Source of the DNA: Candidatus Thiodiazotropha sp.
GTDB lineage: Bacteria; Pseudomonadota; Gammaproteobacteria; Chromatiales; Chromatiaceae
Length of the DNA stretch: 64,000 nucleotides
Direction of reading: 5' to 3'
Assembly (NCBI GenBank): GCA_040507245.1
Contig: JBEVVH010000002.1
Location: 10,297-74,296, forward strand
The notes beneath the pieces were generated by a model. The model saw nothing but the letters and a program-made list of their open reading frames with translations, ran no database searches and was not told the DNA's origin. A program made the position numbers and the translations under genes. Positions within the stretch are counted from its first letter, which is position 1. Every line of letters starts with the position of its first letter. Positions 46,826 to 60,721 of the stretch are shown here, in pieces.

Positions 46826-47743
46826 TCAGGAAACGGTCAGGTGGGCCGGTTTCATATAAGAGATGGGGGCATCCTCCGGCTCATCGAAGGTGATCTCTTC
46901 CCAGGCATCCTCCTGGCTGATCAGCTCCCGCAGCAGGCGATTATTGAGTGCGTGACCCGATTTGTGGCCACTGAATGCACCGATCAGGCTGTGGCCCAGG
47001 AGATACAGGTCACCGATGGCGTCGAGGATCTTGTGCTTGACGAACTCATCCTCATAACGCAGACCATCCGCGTTCATCACCCGATAATCATCCACCACCA
47101 CCGCATTGTCCATACTGCCGCCCAGGGCAAGTTCCTTTTGTCTCAGCATTTCGATATCACGCAGGAAACCGAAGGTACGCGCACGGCTCACCTCTCTGAC
47201 AAAGGAGGTAGACGAGAAGTCAACCGTGGCGTACTGGAAACGTTCCTTGAAGGCGGGATGATCGAAGTCGATAGAGAAGGAGACCTTGAAACCATCGAAG
47301 GGCTCGAAACTGGCGCATTTGTCACCCTCCTTGACCTCGACCTTACGCTTGATCCGAATGAAGCGTTTGGCCTTGTTCTGCTCCTCCACACCTGCGGACT
47401 GGAGCAGAAACACGAAAGGCCCGGCACTCCCGTCCATGATCGGCACTTCGGCAGCGCTCACATCCACATAGGCATTGTCGATACCCAGACCGGCAAAGGC
47501 CGACAGCAGATGCTCGACGGTGGAGACCCGCACGCCATCATGCACCAGGGTGCTGGAGAGGCGGGTGTCACCCACATTTTCGGCGCAGGCCCGTATTTCA
47601 ACCGGGGGATCCAGGTCGACGCGTCGGAATATAATTCCTGTATCCGGTGCTGCAGGTCGCAGGGTGAGATAAACCTTCTCACCCGTGTGCAGCCCCACTC
47701 CTGTGGCGCGTATGACGTTCTTCAACGTACGTTGCCAAATCAT
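46826..47743 (-). CDS. lpxC: UDP-3-O-acyl-N-acetylglucosamine deacetylase
   Basis: [15 protein letters not shown] and [10 protein letters not shown] motifs. Confidence 0.98.
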   Translation of the reverse strand: MIWQRTLKNVIRATGVGLHTGEKVYLTLRPAAPDTGIIFRRVDLDPPVEIRACAENVGDTRLSSTLVHDGVRVSTVEHLLSAFAGLGIDNAYVDVSAAEVPIMDGSAGPFVFLLQSAGVEEQNKAKRFIRIKRKVEVKEGDKCASFEPFDGFKVSFSIDFDHPAFKERFQYATVDFSSTSFVREVSRARTFGFLRDIEMLRQKELALGGSMDNAVVVDDYRVMNADGLRYEDEFVKHKILDAIGDLYLLGHSLIGAFSGHKSGHALNNRLLRELISQEDAWEEITFDEPEDAPISYMKPAHLTVS

Positions 47744-47900
47744 CGACTCGCAGCCCCCATACTGAATCTGGCCGTAACAGCCTCACAAAAAGGCGCGCAT
47801 GCTATCACAGGCGGATCAACTTAAGGAATAGTTGTACCACCAACCCGCTCAAACAAGCTACCAAAATGTGTCATCACACTGTAACTGTCCGGATTCTACA

Positions 47901-49079
47901 CTAATCTGCCTGACGGCGTAAAAACGCCGGGATGTCCAGATAGTCCAGATTTCCGTCCGCCGTGGCCGCCGCAGCGGCGCGACCGTGCTGACTGTTTCTC
48001 AGCACGGTGGGCCGATCCAGTTCGCGGTAGTCATCAGGCATCTTTTGAGGATCCTCGCTCTCGACCAACTTGACGGGCTTGAGTTCTTCGACTTTGGGAG
48101 CCTTCGGCAGTTCCGCTTTGACCCGTTCACCGAGTCCCGTGGCGACCACGGTCACCCGCATGTCGTTGCCCATATCGGGATCGATAACCGTGCCGATCAC
48201 CACCGTGGCGTCCTCATCGGCAAACTCACGCACTGTGGTGCCGATCTCATCGAACTCGCCGATCGCCAGGTTCAGACCGGCGGTGATGTTGACCAGGATG
48301 CCCTTGGCCCCTGCCAGATTCATGTCTTCCAGCAGCGGACTGCGAATCGCCCGTTCCGCGGCTTCGCGGGCACGATTGTCACCGGACGCCTCGCCGGAAC
48401 CCATCATTGCCGCACCCATCTCCGACATAACGGTCTTGACGTCCGCAAAGTCCACGTTGATCAAACCGGGGCGGGTGATCAGTTCGGCGATACCCTGTAC
48501 CGCATGCAGCAACACGTCATTTGCCACCTTGAAGGCGTTCAGCAGACTCATCTCCTTGCCCAGCACCGCCAACAGCTTCTCGTTGGGAATGGTGATCAGG
48601 GAGTCCACATGCTTGCCCAGTTCCGCCATGCCGTGTTCGGCGTTTTTCACCCGCTTGCCACCTTCGAAACCGAAAGGCTTGGTGACCACCGCCACGGTGA
48701 GAATCCCCAGTTCCTTGGCAACCTGCGCCACCACCGGTGCGGCCCCGGTACCGGTGCCACCGCCCATGCCCGCGGTGATGAACACCATATCCGCTCCGCT
48801 CAAGGCATCCTCGAGACGCTCCCGGTCCTCCAGCGCGGCCTGACGACCGATATCCGGATTGGTCCCGGCCCCCAGCCCCTTGGTGATGTCGGAACCGAGC
48901 TGCAGCAGGGTCCGCACCTCACTGCTGCGCAGTGCCTGGGCATCGGTGTTGGCACAGATAAAATCCACGCCATCGATTTCAGCGGTGAGCATGTGGTTGA
49001 CCGCGTTGCCGCCGCCACCGCCGACACCGATAACCTTGATCACAGCATTCTGACTGTGTGTATCCATTAATTCGAACAT
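47901..49079 (-). CDS. ftsZ: Cell division protein FtsZ
   Basis: GGGGGNAV, GMGGGTGTG, NVDFADV and C-terminal LDIPAFLRRQAD motifs. Confidence 0.99.
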   Translation of the reverse strand: MFELMDTHSQNAVIKVIGVGGGGGNAVNHMLTAEIDGVDFICANTDAQALRSSEVRTLLQLGSDITKGLGAGTNPDIGRQAALEDRERLEDALSGADMVFITAGMGGGTGTGAAPVVAQVAKELGILTVAVVTKPFGFEGGKRVKNAEHGMAELGKHVDSLITIPNEKLLAVLGKEMSLLNAFKVANDVLLHAVQGIAELITRPGLINVDFADVKTVMSEMGAAMMGSGEASGDNRAREAAERAIRSPLLEDMNLAGAKGILVNITAGLNLAIGEFDEIGTTVREFADEDATVVIGTVIDPDMGNDMRVTVVATGLGERVKAELPKAPKVEELKPVKLVESEDPQKMPDDYRELDRPTVLRNSQHGRAAAAATADGNLDYLDIPAFLRRQAD

Positions 49080-49124
49080 ATTCTACCTCCGAGTCTGTTG
49101 CGCCTGACAGATGTCTATAAATTG

Positions 49125-50360
49125 TTAAAAATTGCCCTGGAACCAATGTTTCATGCGGTCCCAGATCGCCTTCAATCCACCCTCATTGGCCAGCTCCCTG
49201 CCGCCTTGCGTCCGGTTGTTCTGACCGAACAAAAGCAGTCCCACCCCGGTTGCATAGATGGGATTACGCACCACATCCGCAAGTCCGGTGACATACCGGG
49301 GGACACCCAGCCGTACCGGCATGTGAAACACCTCTTCCGCCAAATCCACCACACCTTCCATCTTCGAACTGCCACCGGTGAGCACCACGCCCCCGGCAAT
49401 CACGTCTTCAAAGCCGCTGCGTCGCAATTCGGCCTGAATCAGGGTCATCAACTCCTCGTAGCGGGGTTCCACCACCTCGGCGAGGGTTTGACGCGACAGC
49501 CTGCGCGGCGGACGTTCGCCGATACTGGGCACTTCGATGGTTTCATCACTGGTGGCCAGCTGGGTCAACGCGCAGGCGTATTTGATCTTGATCTCTTCGG
49601 CGTGCTGGGTGGGGGTGCGAAGGGCCACCGCGATGTCGTTGGTGACCTGATCCCCGGCGATCGGAATCACCGCGGTATGGCGGATCGCGCCGCCGGTGAA
49701 CACCGCGATGTCGGTGGTGCCGCCACCGATATCGACCAGGCATACACCCAGTTCCTTTTCGTCGTCACTGAGCACGGAATAACTCGAGGCCAGCTGTTCG
49801 AGGATCAGGTCATCGGCCTCCAGGCCGCAACGGCGTACGCATTTGACGATGTTCTGCGCCGCGCTGACCGCACCGGTGACCATGTGCACCCGGGCCTCCA
49901 GCCGCACCCCGGACATACCTACCGGATCGCGGATCCCCTCCTGCTCGTCGATGATGAATTCCTGGGGCAGGATGTGCAGGATCTTCTGATCTGCGGGTAT
50001 CGCCACCGCGCGGGCGGCATCGATCACCCGCTCCACGTCACTCTGGCTGACCTCCTTGTCCTTGATCGCCACGATGCCGTGGGAGTTGAGACTGCGGATA
50101 TGGCTGCCCGCGATACCTGCGTAGACGGAATGGATCTCACACCCGGCCATCAATTCGGCTTCCTCCACGGCGCGCTGTATCGACTGCACCGTGGATTCGA
50201 TATTCACCACCACCCCCTTCTTCAGTCCCCGGGATGGGTGGGAACCGATACCGATGATCTCGATACTGTTGTCCGGTTTGATCTCACCGACGATCGCGAC
50301 CACCTTGGAGGTACCGATATCCAAGCCGATGATCAGATTTTTCTCACTTCGTTTCGTCAT
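49125..50360 (-). CDS. ftsA: Cell division protein FtsA
   Basis: GLDIGTSK, VDIGGGTTD and VLTGGSS motifs. Confidence 0.98.
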   Translation of the reverse strand: MTKRSEKNLIIGLDIGTSKVVAIVGEIKPDNSIEIIGIGSHPSRGLKKGVVVNIESTVQSIQRAVEEAELMAGCEIHSVYAGIAGSHIRSLNSHGIVAIKDKEVSQSDVERVIDAARAVAIPADQKILHILPQEFIIDEQEGIRDPVGMSGVRLEARVHMVTGAVSAAQNIVKCVRRCGLEADDLILEQLASSYSVLSDDEKELGVCLVDIGGGTTDIAVFTGGAIRHTAVIPIAGDQVTNDIAVALRTPTQHAEEIKIKYACALTQLATSDETIEVPSIGERPPRRLSRQTLAEVVEPRYEELMTLIQAELRRSGFEDVIAGGVVLTGGSSKMEGVVDLAEEVFHMPVRLGVPRYVTGLADVVRNPIYATGVGLLLFGQNNRTQGGRELANEGGLKAIWDRMKHWFQGNF

Positions 50361-50365
50361 TACTC

Positions 50366-53044
<2,679 letters not shown>

Positions 53045-53048
<4 letters not shown>

Positions 53049-53230
53049 CCCCAAAACCTCTCGTCCCGGGAGGGATCGGAACGTCCATCCTCACTGCGTG
53101 GGGTTTGCAGCTCAGGTGTGAGTTTTTCCGTTCTGCGCAGAGACCTGATCACCATCAGTTCGAACAGGTTGCTTTGCAGCGACTCGCCACAACCGTGATG
53201 CAGTCTTCTCATATCGAATGTGTGCGCCAT
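53045..53230 (-). CDS. Putative 61-aa small protein between murC and murB
   Basis: ATG overlaps the murC stop (TAATG) and its TGA overlaps the murB ATG (ATGA); fills the whole gap. Confidence 0.55.
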
Positions 53231-54666
53231 TAGGCCACCCCCTCACAAAGTTGCCTGGGCAATTCCGCCGCAATCGCGCCGATGCTGCCTGCCCCTACTG
53301 TCAGTACGATGTCACCGTCCATGAGCAGTCCCCGAAGCACTTCAGGCAACTCCTCCACCGGCTCCACGAAAATCGGATCGACCTGTCCGCGCACCCGCAC
53401 GGCGCGACTCAGGTCGCGTCCGGCCGCACCTTGAATCGGTTCTTCACCGGCCGCATAGACCTCGGTCAGGATCAGCAGGTCCGCCTTGGAAAGCACCTGC
53501 ACGAAGTCTTCAAACTGTTCCTGGGTACGGGTGTAACGGTGCGGTTGAAAGGCGAGTACCAGGCGGCGTTCCGGCCAACCATCGCGGACCGCCCTCAGGG
53601 TCGCCTCGATCTCCCGTGGGTGGTGTGCGTAGTCATCAACCAGCATCACCTGCTTGCCGCCGATCCGGCAGTCGCCGCGGGTCTGGAAGCGGCGTCCGAT
53701 ACCGGCAAATTTCTCCAGCGCCCATTGTATCGAATGGCTGTCCAGGTTGAGCTCCAATGCCACGCTCGCGGCAGCCAGGGCATTCAGCACATTGTGCCGT
53801 CCCGGAAGATTCAGGGTGATTGGCATGGGGGCTTCGAGGCTTTGGGCATGCAGGGTGAAGTGCGTTCTGAGACCTTCGCTGCGGATCTCGCTGGCGCGCA
53901 CGTCCGCATCTTCATCGAAACCGTAGGTGGTCACAGGCCGGGTCACCTCCGGGAGCAACTCGCGCACCACCGGATCATCGATACACAGCACTGCCTGGCC
54001 ATAAAATGGCAAGTGATGCAGAAATTCCAGAAAGGTCCCGCGCAGGCGGTTGAAATCACCCCCGTAGGTGGTCATGTGATCCGCATCGATATTGGTGACC
54101 ACCGCCAGCATCGGCTGCAGATAGAGAAACGAGGCGTCACTCTCGTCCGCCTCGGCCACAAGATACTCCCCTTCCCCGAGCCGAGCGTTGGCACCAGCGC
54201 TGTTGAGGAGTCCGCCGATGACGAACGTGGGGTCGAGTCCAGCTTCCGCTAGAACACTGGTGACCAGACTGGTGGTGGTGGTTTTGCCGTGAGTCCCCGC
54301 GACCGCGATACCAAACCGGAAACGCATGATCTCAGCCAGCATTTCCGCCCTGGGCACCACCGGGATGCGTGACTGACGCGCCGCTTCCACTTCCGGGTTG
54401 TCCTGCTCCACCGCACTGGAGATGACCACCGCATCGACACCATCCACATGCGCGGCGGTGTGTCCCAGGTGGATCTCCGCCCCCAATTCCGCGAGACGCC
54501 GAGTCACGACACTCTCCCGCTGGTCGGATCCGGAAACCTGGTATCCGAGATTGATCATGACCTCCGCGATACCGCTCATCCCGGCTCCACCGATTCCGAC
54601 GAAGTGGATGTAACGCATGCGACCCATGACGTTGGGTGTGTGGCGACGTGTACGGACTTCACTCAT
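53230..54666 (-). CDS. murC: UDP-N-acetylmuramate-L-alanine ligase
   Basis: [27 protein letters not shown] and DDYAHHP motifs. Confidence 0.98.
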   Translation of the reverse strand: MSEVRTRRHTPNVMGRMRYIHFVGIGGAGMSGIAEVMINLGYQVSGSDQRESVVTRRLAELGAEIHLGHTAAHVDGVDAVVISSAVEQDNPEVEAARQSRIPVVPRAEMLAEIMRFRFGIAVAGTHGKTTTTSLVTSVLAEAGLDPTFVIGGLLNSAGANARLGEGEYLVAEADESDASFLYLQPMLAVVTNIDADHMTTYGGDFNRLRGTFLEFLHHLPFYGQAVLCIDDPVVRELLPEVTRPVTTYGFDEDADVRASEIRSEGLRTHFTLHAQSLEAPMPITLNLPGRHNVLNALAAASVALELNLDSHSIQWALEKFAGIGRRFQTRGDCRIGGKQVMLVDDYAHHPREIEATLRAVRDGWPERRLVLAFQPHRYTRTQEQFEDFVQVLSKADLLILTEVYAAGEEPIQGAAGRDLSRAVRVRGQVDPIFVEPVEELPEVLRGLLMDGDIVLTVGAGSIGAIAAELPRQLCEGVA

Positions 54667-55742
54667 GATGCGATCAACTCCAGGCAATATTGACCCATAT
54701 GCTCCGCCGCCTCCGGCTTGGCGAGTTTACGTGCGGCCCGCGCCATATCCAGCAACCCGGCCCGGTCTTCGCTGAGTTCCGCGATCTGGGCCGCCAGGTC
54801 GCGGGGATTCAGACTGGTCTGATCCACGAGTTGTCCTGCTCCTGCATCCACCAGGACACGGGCGTTGTGGGTCTGATGGTCATCCACGGCGTAGGGATAG
54901 GGCACCAGGATGGCGCCCACACCCGCCACGCAAAGTTCGGATACGGTCAGGGCGCCGGCGCGGCAGATCACCAGATCGGCCCAGCCGTAGGCAGCCGCCA
55001 TATCCCGTTCAAAGGGCTTTACTTCAGCCTCGACACCCGCCGCCCGGTAGCTGGCCAGAGTCTCCTCGTAGAGCTTCTCACCCGCTTGATGACGCACCAC
55101 AGGACGCTTCTCCTCGGGCAGTCTGGCCAAGGCCTCGGGCAGGGTCTGGTTGAGTGCCTGGGCACCCAGGGAGCCGCCCAGGACCAACAGTCGAAGCGGA
55201 CCTTCGCGGTCGGCAAAACGGGTCTCGGGCGGCGGCAGCGCCACGATCTCACGACGCACCGGGTTGCCAATGGTTTCGGCCTGGGCCTCGGCACCAAAGC
55301 TGCCGGGGAAGGCTTCGTACACCTTGCTCGCGAGCCGCGCCAGCCAGCGGTTGGTCAGACCCGGAATCGCGTTCTGTTCCTGGATCACCAGGGGGATACC
55401 CATCAGTCTGGCCGCCACGCCCCCCGGACCGGTGACAAACCCGCCCATGCCCAATACCAGGTTCGGGCGGATCTGGCGCAGCACCCGATAGGCCTGCCAA
55501 CAGGACCAGGTCACCACCCAGGGAGCCATCAGACGCCGCTTCAGACCGGTGCCCCGGACCCCTTTGATGTTCAGGGTCCTGACGGGGTACCCGTAATCCG
55601 GCACCAAGCAGGTCTCCATTCCGCCCCGGCTGCCCAGCCAGGTGATCATGCAGCCCTGTTTCTCCAGCCATTGCGCCACCGCAAGTGCCGGAAAAAGATG
55701 CCCGCCCGTACCCCCTGCCATGACCATTACATGAGGTTCCAT
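54663..55742 (-). CDS. murG: Undecaprenyldiphospho-muramoylpentapeptide N-acetylglucosaminyltransferase
   Basis: GGTGGH, GNPVR, GGSLGA and RAGALT motifs. Confidence 0.98.
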   Translation of the reverse strand: MEPHVMVMAGGTGGHLFPALAVAQWLEKQGCMITWLGSRGGMETCLVPDYGYPVRTLNIKGVRGTGLKRRLMAPWVVTWSCWQAYRVLRQIRPNLVLGMGGFVTGPGGVAARLMGIPLVIQEQNAIPGLTNRWLARLASKVYEAFPGSFGAEAQAETIGNPVRREIVALPPPETRFADREGPLRLLVLGGSLGAQALNQTLPEALARLPEEKRPVVRHQAGEKLYEETLASYRAAGVEAEVKPFERDMAAAYGWADLVICRAGALTVSELCVAGVGAILVPYPYAVDDHQTHNARVLVDAGAGQLVDQTSLNPRDLAAQIAELSEDRAGLLDMARAARKLAKPEAAEHMGQYCLELIAS

Positions 55743-56920
55743 GAGCGCCTCCCATGACCTTCACGCTGCATCTTGTGGCGGGTCTCGTAATCGATGCGCA
55801 GCAACAACGCAACAATCAGGCAAGCCACGATAATGCTGTTGCCTCCATAGCTCATGAACGGCAGGGTGAGACCCTTGGTCGGCAGCATCCCCACGTTGAC
55901 ACCGATGTTGATGAACGCCTGCATACCGATCCACAGGCCCAACCCGTAAGCGGTGTAACTCGAAAACCGTTCACCCACCACCTGTGCCCGGGTGCCGATG
56001 TGGAAGGCGCGCCAGGTAAAGAAGGCGAACAGCAGGATCACCCCCAGGGTGCCGATCAGACCGAACTCCTCACCCACCACCGCCATGATGAAATCGGTGT
56101 GCGCTTCCGGAAGGTAGAACTGCTTTTGAATCCCGTTACCCAGCCCGACTCCGGAGACTTCACCACGACCGAAGGCGATCAATGCCTGGGACAGCTGGAA
56201 ATCGGTATCGAAGGGGTCATCCCAGGGATTCAGGTAGGTGGTCATGCGTTGCCAACGGTAGGGGCTGAAAAAGATCAACGCAAAACCTGAAACGATGGAG
56301 AGCAGGATCAGCATGCTGAACTGATACAGCACCACACCACCGAGAAACAGCATCCCGAGGGCGGTGGCGAACAGTACCACAGTGGTGCCGAAATCGGGCT
56401 GAACCAGGATCATGGAGCTTGTCACGATGAGCAGCAGCATGGGCTTGGCGAAGCCCCAGAAGGAACGCGCCACCTCGTCCTGGCGACGCACTAGGTAACC
56501 CGCGATATAGAGCACCATGAATAGTTTCATGAACTCGGAGCTTTGCAGGTTGAACACGCCCAAGGGGATCCAGCGGGTTGCGCCGTTAACCGTCTTGCCG
56601 ACTCCGGGGACCAGCAGCAACAGAAGCAGCAGGATGCCGAGAAACACCAGTTTCGGTCCCGCATTCTGCCACTGTTCCATGGGCACCCTGAAGACGAAAA
56701 AAGCACCCAGCAGCCCCAGGAACATGGCGAACAGGTGACGGTAGACATAAAAGAAGGGTGATCCGGCCAGCCGATCCCCCACTGTCATGGATGATGAAGC
56801 GACCATCACCAGACCGAAGCCGAGCAACAGCATCGCCGCACCCAACAGCCACCAATCGAGCACGGGCTCCAGAGTTTTCGTGCGGCGGGCATCCATGGCC
56901 TGGGGACGCATCTCACTCAT
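55727..56920 (-). CDS. ftsW: Peptidoglycan glycosyltransferase FtsW
   Basis: GATRWI, QSSEFMK, QPDFGT, PEAHTDF and PTKGLTLPFMSYGG motifs. Confidence 0.97.
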   Translation of the reverse strand: MSEMRPQAMDARRTKTLEPVLDWWLLGAAMLLLGFGLVMVASSSMTVGDRLAGSPFFYVYRHLFAMFLGLLGAFFVFRVPMEQWQNAGPKLVFLGILLLLLLLVPGVGKTVNGATRWIPLGVFNLQSSEFMKLFMVLYIAGYLVRRQDEVARSFWGFAKPMLLLIVTSSMILVQPDFGTTVVLFATALGMLFLGGVVLYQFSMLILLSIVSGFALIFFSPYRWQRMTTYLNPWDDPFDTDFQLSQALIAFGRGEVSGVGLGNGIQKQFYLPEAHTDFIMAVVGEEFGLIGTLGVILLFAFFTWRAFHIGTRAQVVGERFSSYTAYGLGLWIGMQAFINIGVNVGMLPTKGLTLPFMSYGGNSIIVACLIVALLLRIDYETRHKMQREGHGRRSWNLM

Positions 56921-58269
56921 GACTCGAGACCCTCCACAGCACGCACGAAGGCCTCACCCCGGTCCTCGAAATTCTTGAACATGTCAAAACTGGCGCAGGC
57001 CGGTGAGAGCAGGACCCGGTCTCCGGGGCTGGCTTCGTCCCGCGCCTTCATCACGGCATCGGTCATACTCTCGGCGAACACCAGTTTGGTCCGCCCCTCG
57101 AGCACTGCGGCCAGGGCCGGTGCGTCCCGGCCGATCAGGATCACTGCCCGGGCGGCCTTTTCCGCCACCGGCGCAAGCAGTGTGAAGTCAGCGCCTTTGC
57201 AATCCCCGCCGGCGATCAGCACCGTTCGGCTCCCATCATCGGCATGCAATCCCAGCAGGGCGGAGATGGTCGCACCCACATTGGTACCCTTGGAATCGTT
57301 GTACCAGCGCAACCCCTGCGTATCTGATACCCATTGGGTGCGGTGCTCCAGACCACGGAAGATTCGCAGGGTCTCGAGCATCTTGGCAATCGGCAACCCC
57401 ACCGCCTGACCCAGAGCGAGCGCCGCCAGGGCATTGGCCTGATTGTGGCGACCCGGAATACGCAAATCGTTCACCGGCATCAGCAGTGTCGAGCCCTGAC
57501 ATAGCCAGGATTCACCCTGACTTTCACAGACACCGAAGTCTGACCCAACCGGGGCATTCAAAGCGAAGCCCACCACGGAGTCATCCGAACCGGCCATCGC
57601 CGCGACCCTGGCATCATCCCGGTTGATCACCAGGATCTTTGCCTGACTGTAGATACCGGCCTTGGCGTCCGCGTAATCTTCGATATCCCTGTAACGGTCC
57701 ATATGATCGGCGGAGACATTCAATACCACCGCCGCCTCGGGCTTGAGACTCCAGGTGGTTTCGAGCTGGAAGCTGGACAACTCCAACACATAGAGGTCCA
57801 CCGAGTCGTCGAGCAGGTCGAGCACGGGTTCCCCCAGGTTGCCCCCCACCGCTACCCGCAATCCCGCGTTGCGGGCCATCTCGCCCACCAGGGTGGTTAC
57901 GGTGCTCTTGCCATTGGAACCGGTAATCGCGACGACCGGCGCCCGAACCGCCCGGGCGAACAGTTCCACATCCCCCAGGACTTCACTGCCACTTTCCCGG
58001 GCCACCTGGATCAGGGGCGTACTTACCGGTACACCGGGACTGACCACCAATTGATTCGCCGCCTGGAACACCTCGGGCTGGAACCCCCCGAGGAACAGGG
58101 CCATATCCGGATAGTCGCGCCGCAGCGCATCCAGGCCAGGCGGTGTTTCCCGGCTGTCAGTGACCGCCAGGGCCACTCCCTGCGCGGTCAGATAACGGGC
58201 GCAGGACAGTCCGGTCTTGCCCAGACCGACAATTAGAGTTTTGCCTGTTTGTCTGTTTTCTGCTGCCAT
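56917..58269 (-). CDS. murD: UDP-N-acetylmuramoyl-L-alanine-D-glutamate ligase
   Basis: GLGKTG, TGSNGKSTV, LELSSFQL, NDSKGTN and SPACASFD motifs. Confidence 0.97.
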   Translation of the reverse strand: MAAENRQTGKTLIVGLGKTGLSCARYLTAQGVALAVTDSRETPPGLDALRRDYPDMALFLGGFQPEVFQAANQLVVSPGVPVSTPLIQVARESGSEVLGDVELFARAVRAPVVAITGSNGKSTVTTLVGEMARNAGLRVAVGGNLGEPVLDLLDDSVDLYVLELSSFQLETTWSLKPEAAVVLNVSADHMDRYRDIEDYADAKAGIYSQAKILVINRDDARVAAMAGSDDSVVGFALNAPVGSDFGVCESQGESWLCQGSTLLMPVNDLRIPGRHNQANALAALALGQAVGLPIAKMLETLRIFRGLEHRTQWVSDTQGLRWYNDSKGTNVGATISALLGLHADDGSRTVLIAGGDCKGADFTLLAPVAEKAARAVILIGRDAPALAAVLEGRTKLVFAESMTDAVMKARDEASPGDRVLLSPACASFDMFKNFEDRGEAFVRAVEGLES

Positions 58270-59351
58270 CAACGTATCTTCAAACTCGCCAGACCGATCA
58301 ACACCAGAATCACAGTGATGATCCAGAAACGCACAATGACCCGGGGTTCGGGCCAACCCTTGAGTTCGAAATGATGATGCAGGGGCGCCATGCGAAAGAT
58401 CCGCTTGCCAGTGAGGCGAAACGAGGCCACCTGAAGCATCACCGATACCGTCTCGACCACGAACACCCCACCCATGATGAACAGCACGATCTCCTGTCGA
58501 ACCGCCACCGCCACCACACCCAACGCCGCGCCCAGCGCCAGGGCGCCCACATCGCCCATGAAAACCTGAGCCGGATAGGTGTTGAACCAGAGAAATCCCA
58601 ACCCGGCACCCACCAGGGCTGCGCAGAACACCATCAACTCACCCACACCGGGGAGATAGGGGATCTTCAGATAGGTGGCAAAGTCTGCATGTCCGGTGGC
58701 ATAGGCGATCACCCCCAGCGCGCCACCCACCATCACCGTTGGCAGAATCGCCAGCCCGTCGAGTCCGTCGGTAAGGTTCACCGCGTTGGAGGAACCGACG
58801 ATCACCAGATAGCTGAAAAGAATGAACACCGGACCCCAGTTGAGTGAGACATCCTTCAGGTAGGGGATCAACAGCGCGGTCTCCATGGGTGTCGTTGCCG
58901 TGGTGTAAAACACCAGCGATGCGCCCAGGCCGGCAATCGACTGCCAGAAATATTTCCACCGCGCCGCCAGTCCCTTGGGATCGTTGAGCACCAGTTTTTT
59001 GTAGTCGTCCACCAGACCAATCAGGCCGAATACCATGGTCACGATCAGCACGATCCAGACATAACGGTTTTCAAGATCGGCCCACAGCAGGGTGGCCACT
59101 GCGATCGCCACCAGAATCAGAGCACCGCCCATGGTAGGCGTACCAGCCTTGGAGAAATGGGTCTCCGGGCCGTCATTGCGAACCGTTTGACCAATCTGGT
59201 GGAAGCTCAATCGACGAATCATTACCGGTCCCAGCGCCAGGGAGATCAGCAATGCGGTCAGTACCCCCAGGATGGTGCGCAGTGTCAGGTACTGGAACAC
59301 CCGGAAACCGCTGTCGAACTGGACGAGCCACTCAGTCAGATACAACAGCAC
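58269..59351 (-). CDS. mraY: Phospho-N-acetylmuramoyl-pentapeptide transferase
   Basis: [27 protein letters not shown] and MAPLHHHFE motifs. Confidence 0.98.
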   Translation of the reverse strand: MLLYLTEWLVQFDSGFRVFQYLTLRTILGVLTALLISLALGPVMIRRLSFHQIGQTVRNDGPETHFSKAGTPTMGGALILVAIAVATLLWADLENRYVWIVLIVTMVFGLIGLVDDYKKLVLNDPKGLAARWKYFWQSIAGLGASLVFYTTATTPMETALLIPYLKDVSLNWGPVFILFSYLVIVGSSNAVNLTDGLDGLAILPTVMVGGALGVIAYATGHADFATYLKIPYLPGVGELMVFCAALVGAGLGFLWFNTYPAQVFMGDVGALALGAALGVVAVAVRQEIVLFIMGGVFVVETVSVMLQVASFRLTGKRIFRMAPLHHHFELKGWPEPRVIVRFWIITVILVLIGLASLKIR

Positions 59352-59353
59352 GG

Positions 59354-60721
59354 TCAGCCCTCCCCTTCATACAACAACCCCTGAACAACCCGCTCCATGC
59401 CGGCGCTGCGGGAGCCTTTGACCAGCACCGCATCACCCGGCTGCGGCAGTTCCCGCAATTCATTGATCAAATCATCGATATTGCTGAAGCCCCTGGCCCC
59501 TTCACCAAAACCTTCAACCGCCGCTTGGCTCAGGGATCCAAGCCCGTAGAGGTGCTCCAGTCCCGCCTGTCTGGCTTGTCGGCCGATTTTTCCGTGCAGC
59601 TCACGGGCCTCTTCCCCCAGCTCAGCCAGATCACCGAGTACCAGGTAACGTTGACCCGGCGCGCTGCGCAGCACCTCGATGGCCGCTCCTACCGAATTGG
59701 GATTGGCGTTATAGCTGTCATCGATCAGACGGTAACCGTTGGAGCCGGTGAGGATCTGCAGTCGCCCCTTCACCGCCGCGACACTGGCAAGCCCCGCCTG
59801 AATCTGTTCCACACTGCAGGACAGGGACCAGGCTGCAGCGATAGCGGCCAGCGCATTCATCAGGTTGTGGCGGCCTGCCAGGGCGATTTCCACGTCGAAA
59901 CGGGTGTCCTGTATGTTTACCTGCATCCGGTTGTGGGATCCCTGCGGGGTCCAGGTCATCTGGGCCGCATCCAGGTCGGATTGCACCAGGGCCTTTTCCG
60001 ATATGCCAAAAGAGACCATTCGCCGCTCCCCCAGCATCTCCCGCCAGAGCGGGAAGTAAGGGTCGTCCGCATTGAGCACGCCCACGCCGTCGTGTTTAAG
60101 CCCGCCCAGAATCTCCCCTTTGGCATGGGCCACGCCGTTGAGATCCCCGAAGCCTTCCAGATGAGCCTCACCCGCATTGGTGATCAGCGCCACATCGGGC
60201 CGGGCAATCTGGCTCAGATAGCCGATTTCACCCGGATGATTGGCCCCCATCTCGATCACCGCACTGAGTTCATCCTGCCAACCCAGCAGGGTCAGCGGCA
60301 CGCCGATATCATTGTTCAGATTTCCCCGGGTGGACAGCACCGGACCCCGTTGCGCGAGGATCTCACTGATCAGTTCCTTGACCGTGGTCTTTCCGTTACT
60401 GCCGGTAATCGCAACCATGGGCGCCTGGAACTGATCACGCCAAACCGCAGCCAGCCGACCCAGTCCCAGACGGGTATCCGCACACACCAGCTGTGGCAGC
60501 CGGGTTTCGACCTCTCGAGAGACCAGTACAGCCAATGCACCCCTCTGTTCCGCCTGAGCGACGAACTCATGCCCGTCGAAGCGCGGCCCGGTCAGTGCAA
60601 CGTACAGATCCCCGGCGTTCAGGCTACGGGTATCCGTACTGACCGAGCGGAACTCTGCGTCCTGACCCACCAGTCTGGCCGGCAAATGCTGCATCAACTC
60701 CGAGAGCCAAAGACTAGGCAT
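59354..60721 (-). CDS. murF: UDP-N-acetylmuramoyl-tripeptide-D-alanyl-D-alanine ligase
   Basis: [29 protein letters not shown] and KGSR motifs. Confidence 0.97.
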   Translation of the reverse strand: MPSLWLSELMQHLPARLVGQDAEFRSVSTDTRSLNAGDLYVALTGPRFDGHEFVAQAEQRGALAVLVSREVETRLPQLVCADTRLGLGRLAAVWRDQFQAPMVAITGSNGKTTVKELISEILAQRGPVLSTRGNLNNDIGVPLTLLGWQDELSAVIEMGANHPGEIGYLSQIARPDVALITNAGEAHLEGFGDLNGVAHAKGEILGGLKHDGVGVLNADDPYFPLWREMLGERRMVSFGISEKALVQSDLDAAQMTWTPQGSHNRMQVNIQDTRFDVEIALAGRHNLMNALAAIAAAWSLSCSVEQIQAGLASVAAVKGRLQILTGSNGYRLIDDSYNANPNSVGAAIEVLRSAPGQRYLVLGDLAELGEEARELHGKIGRQARQAGLEHLYGLGSLSQAAVEGFGEGARGFSNIDDLINELRELPQPGDAVLVKGSRSAGMERVVQGLLYEGEG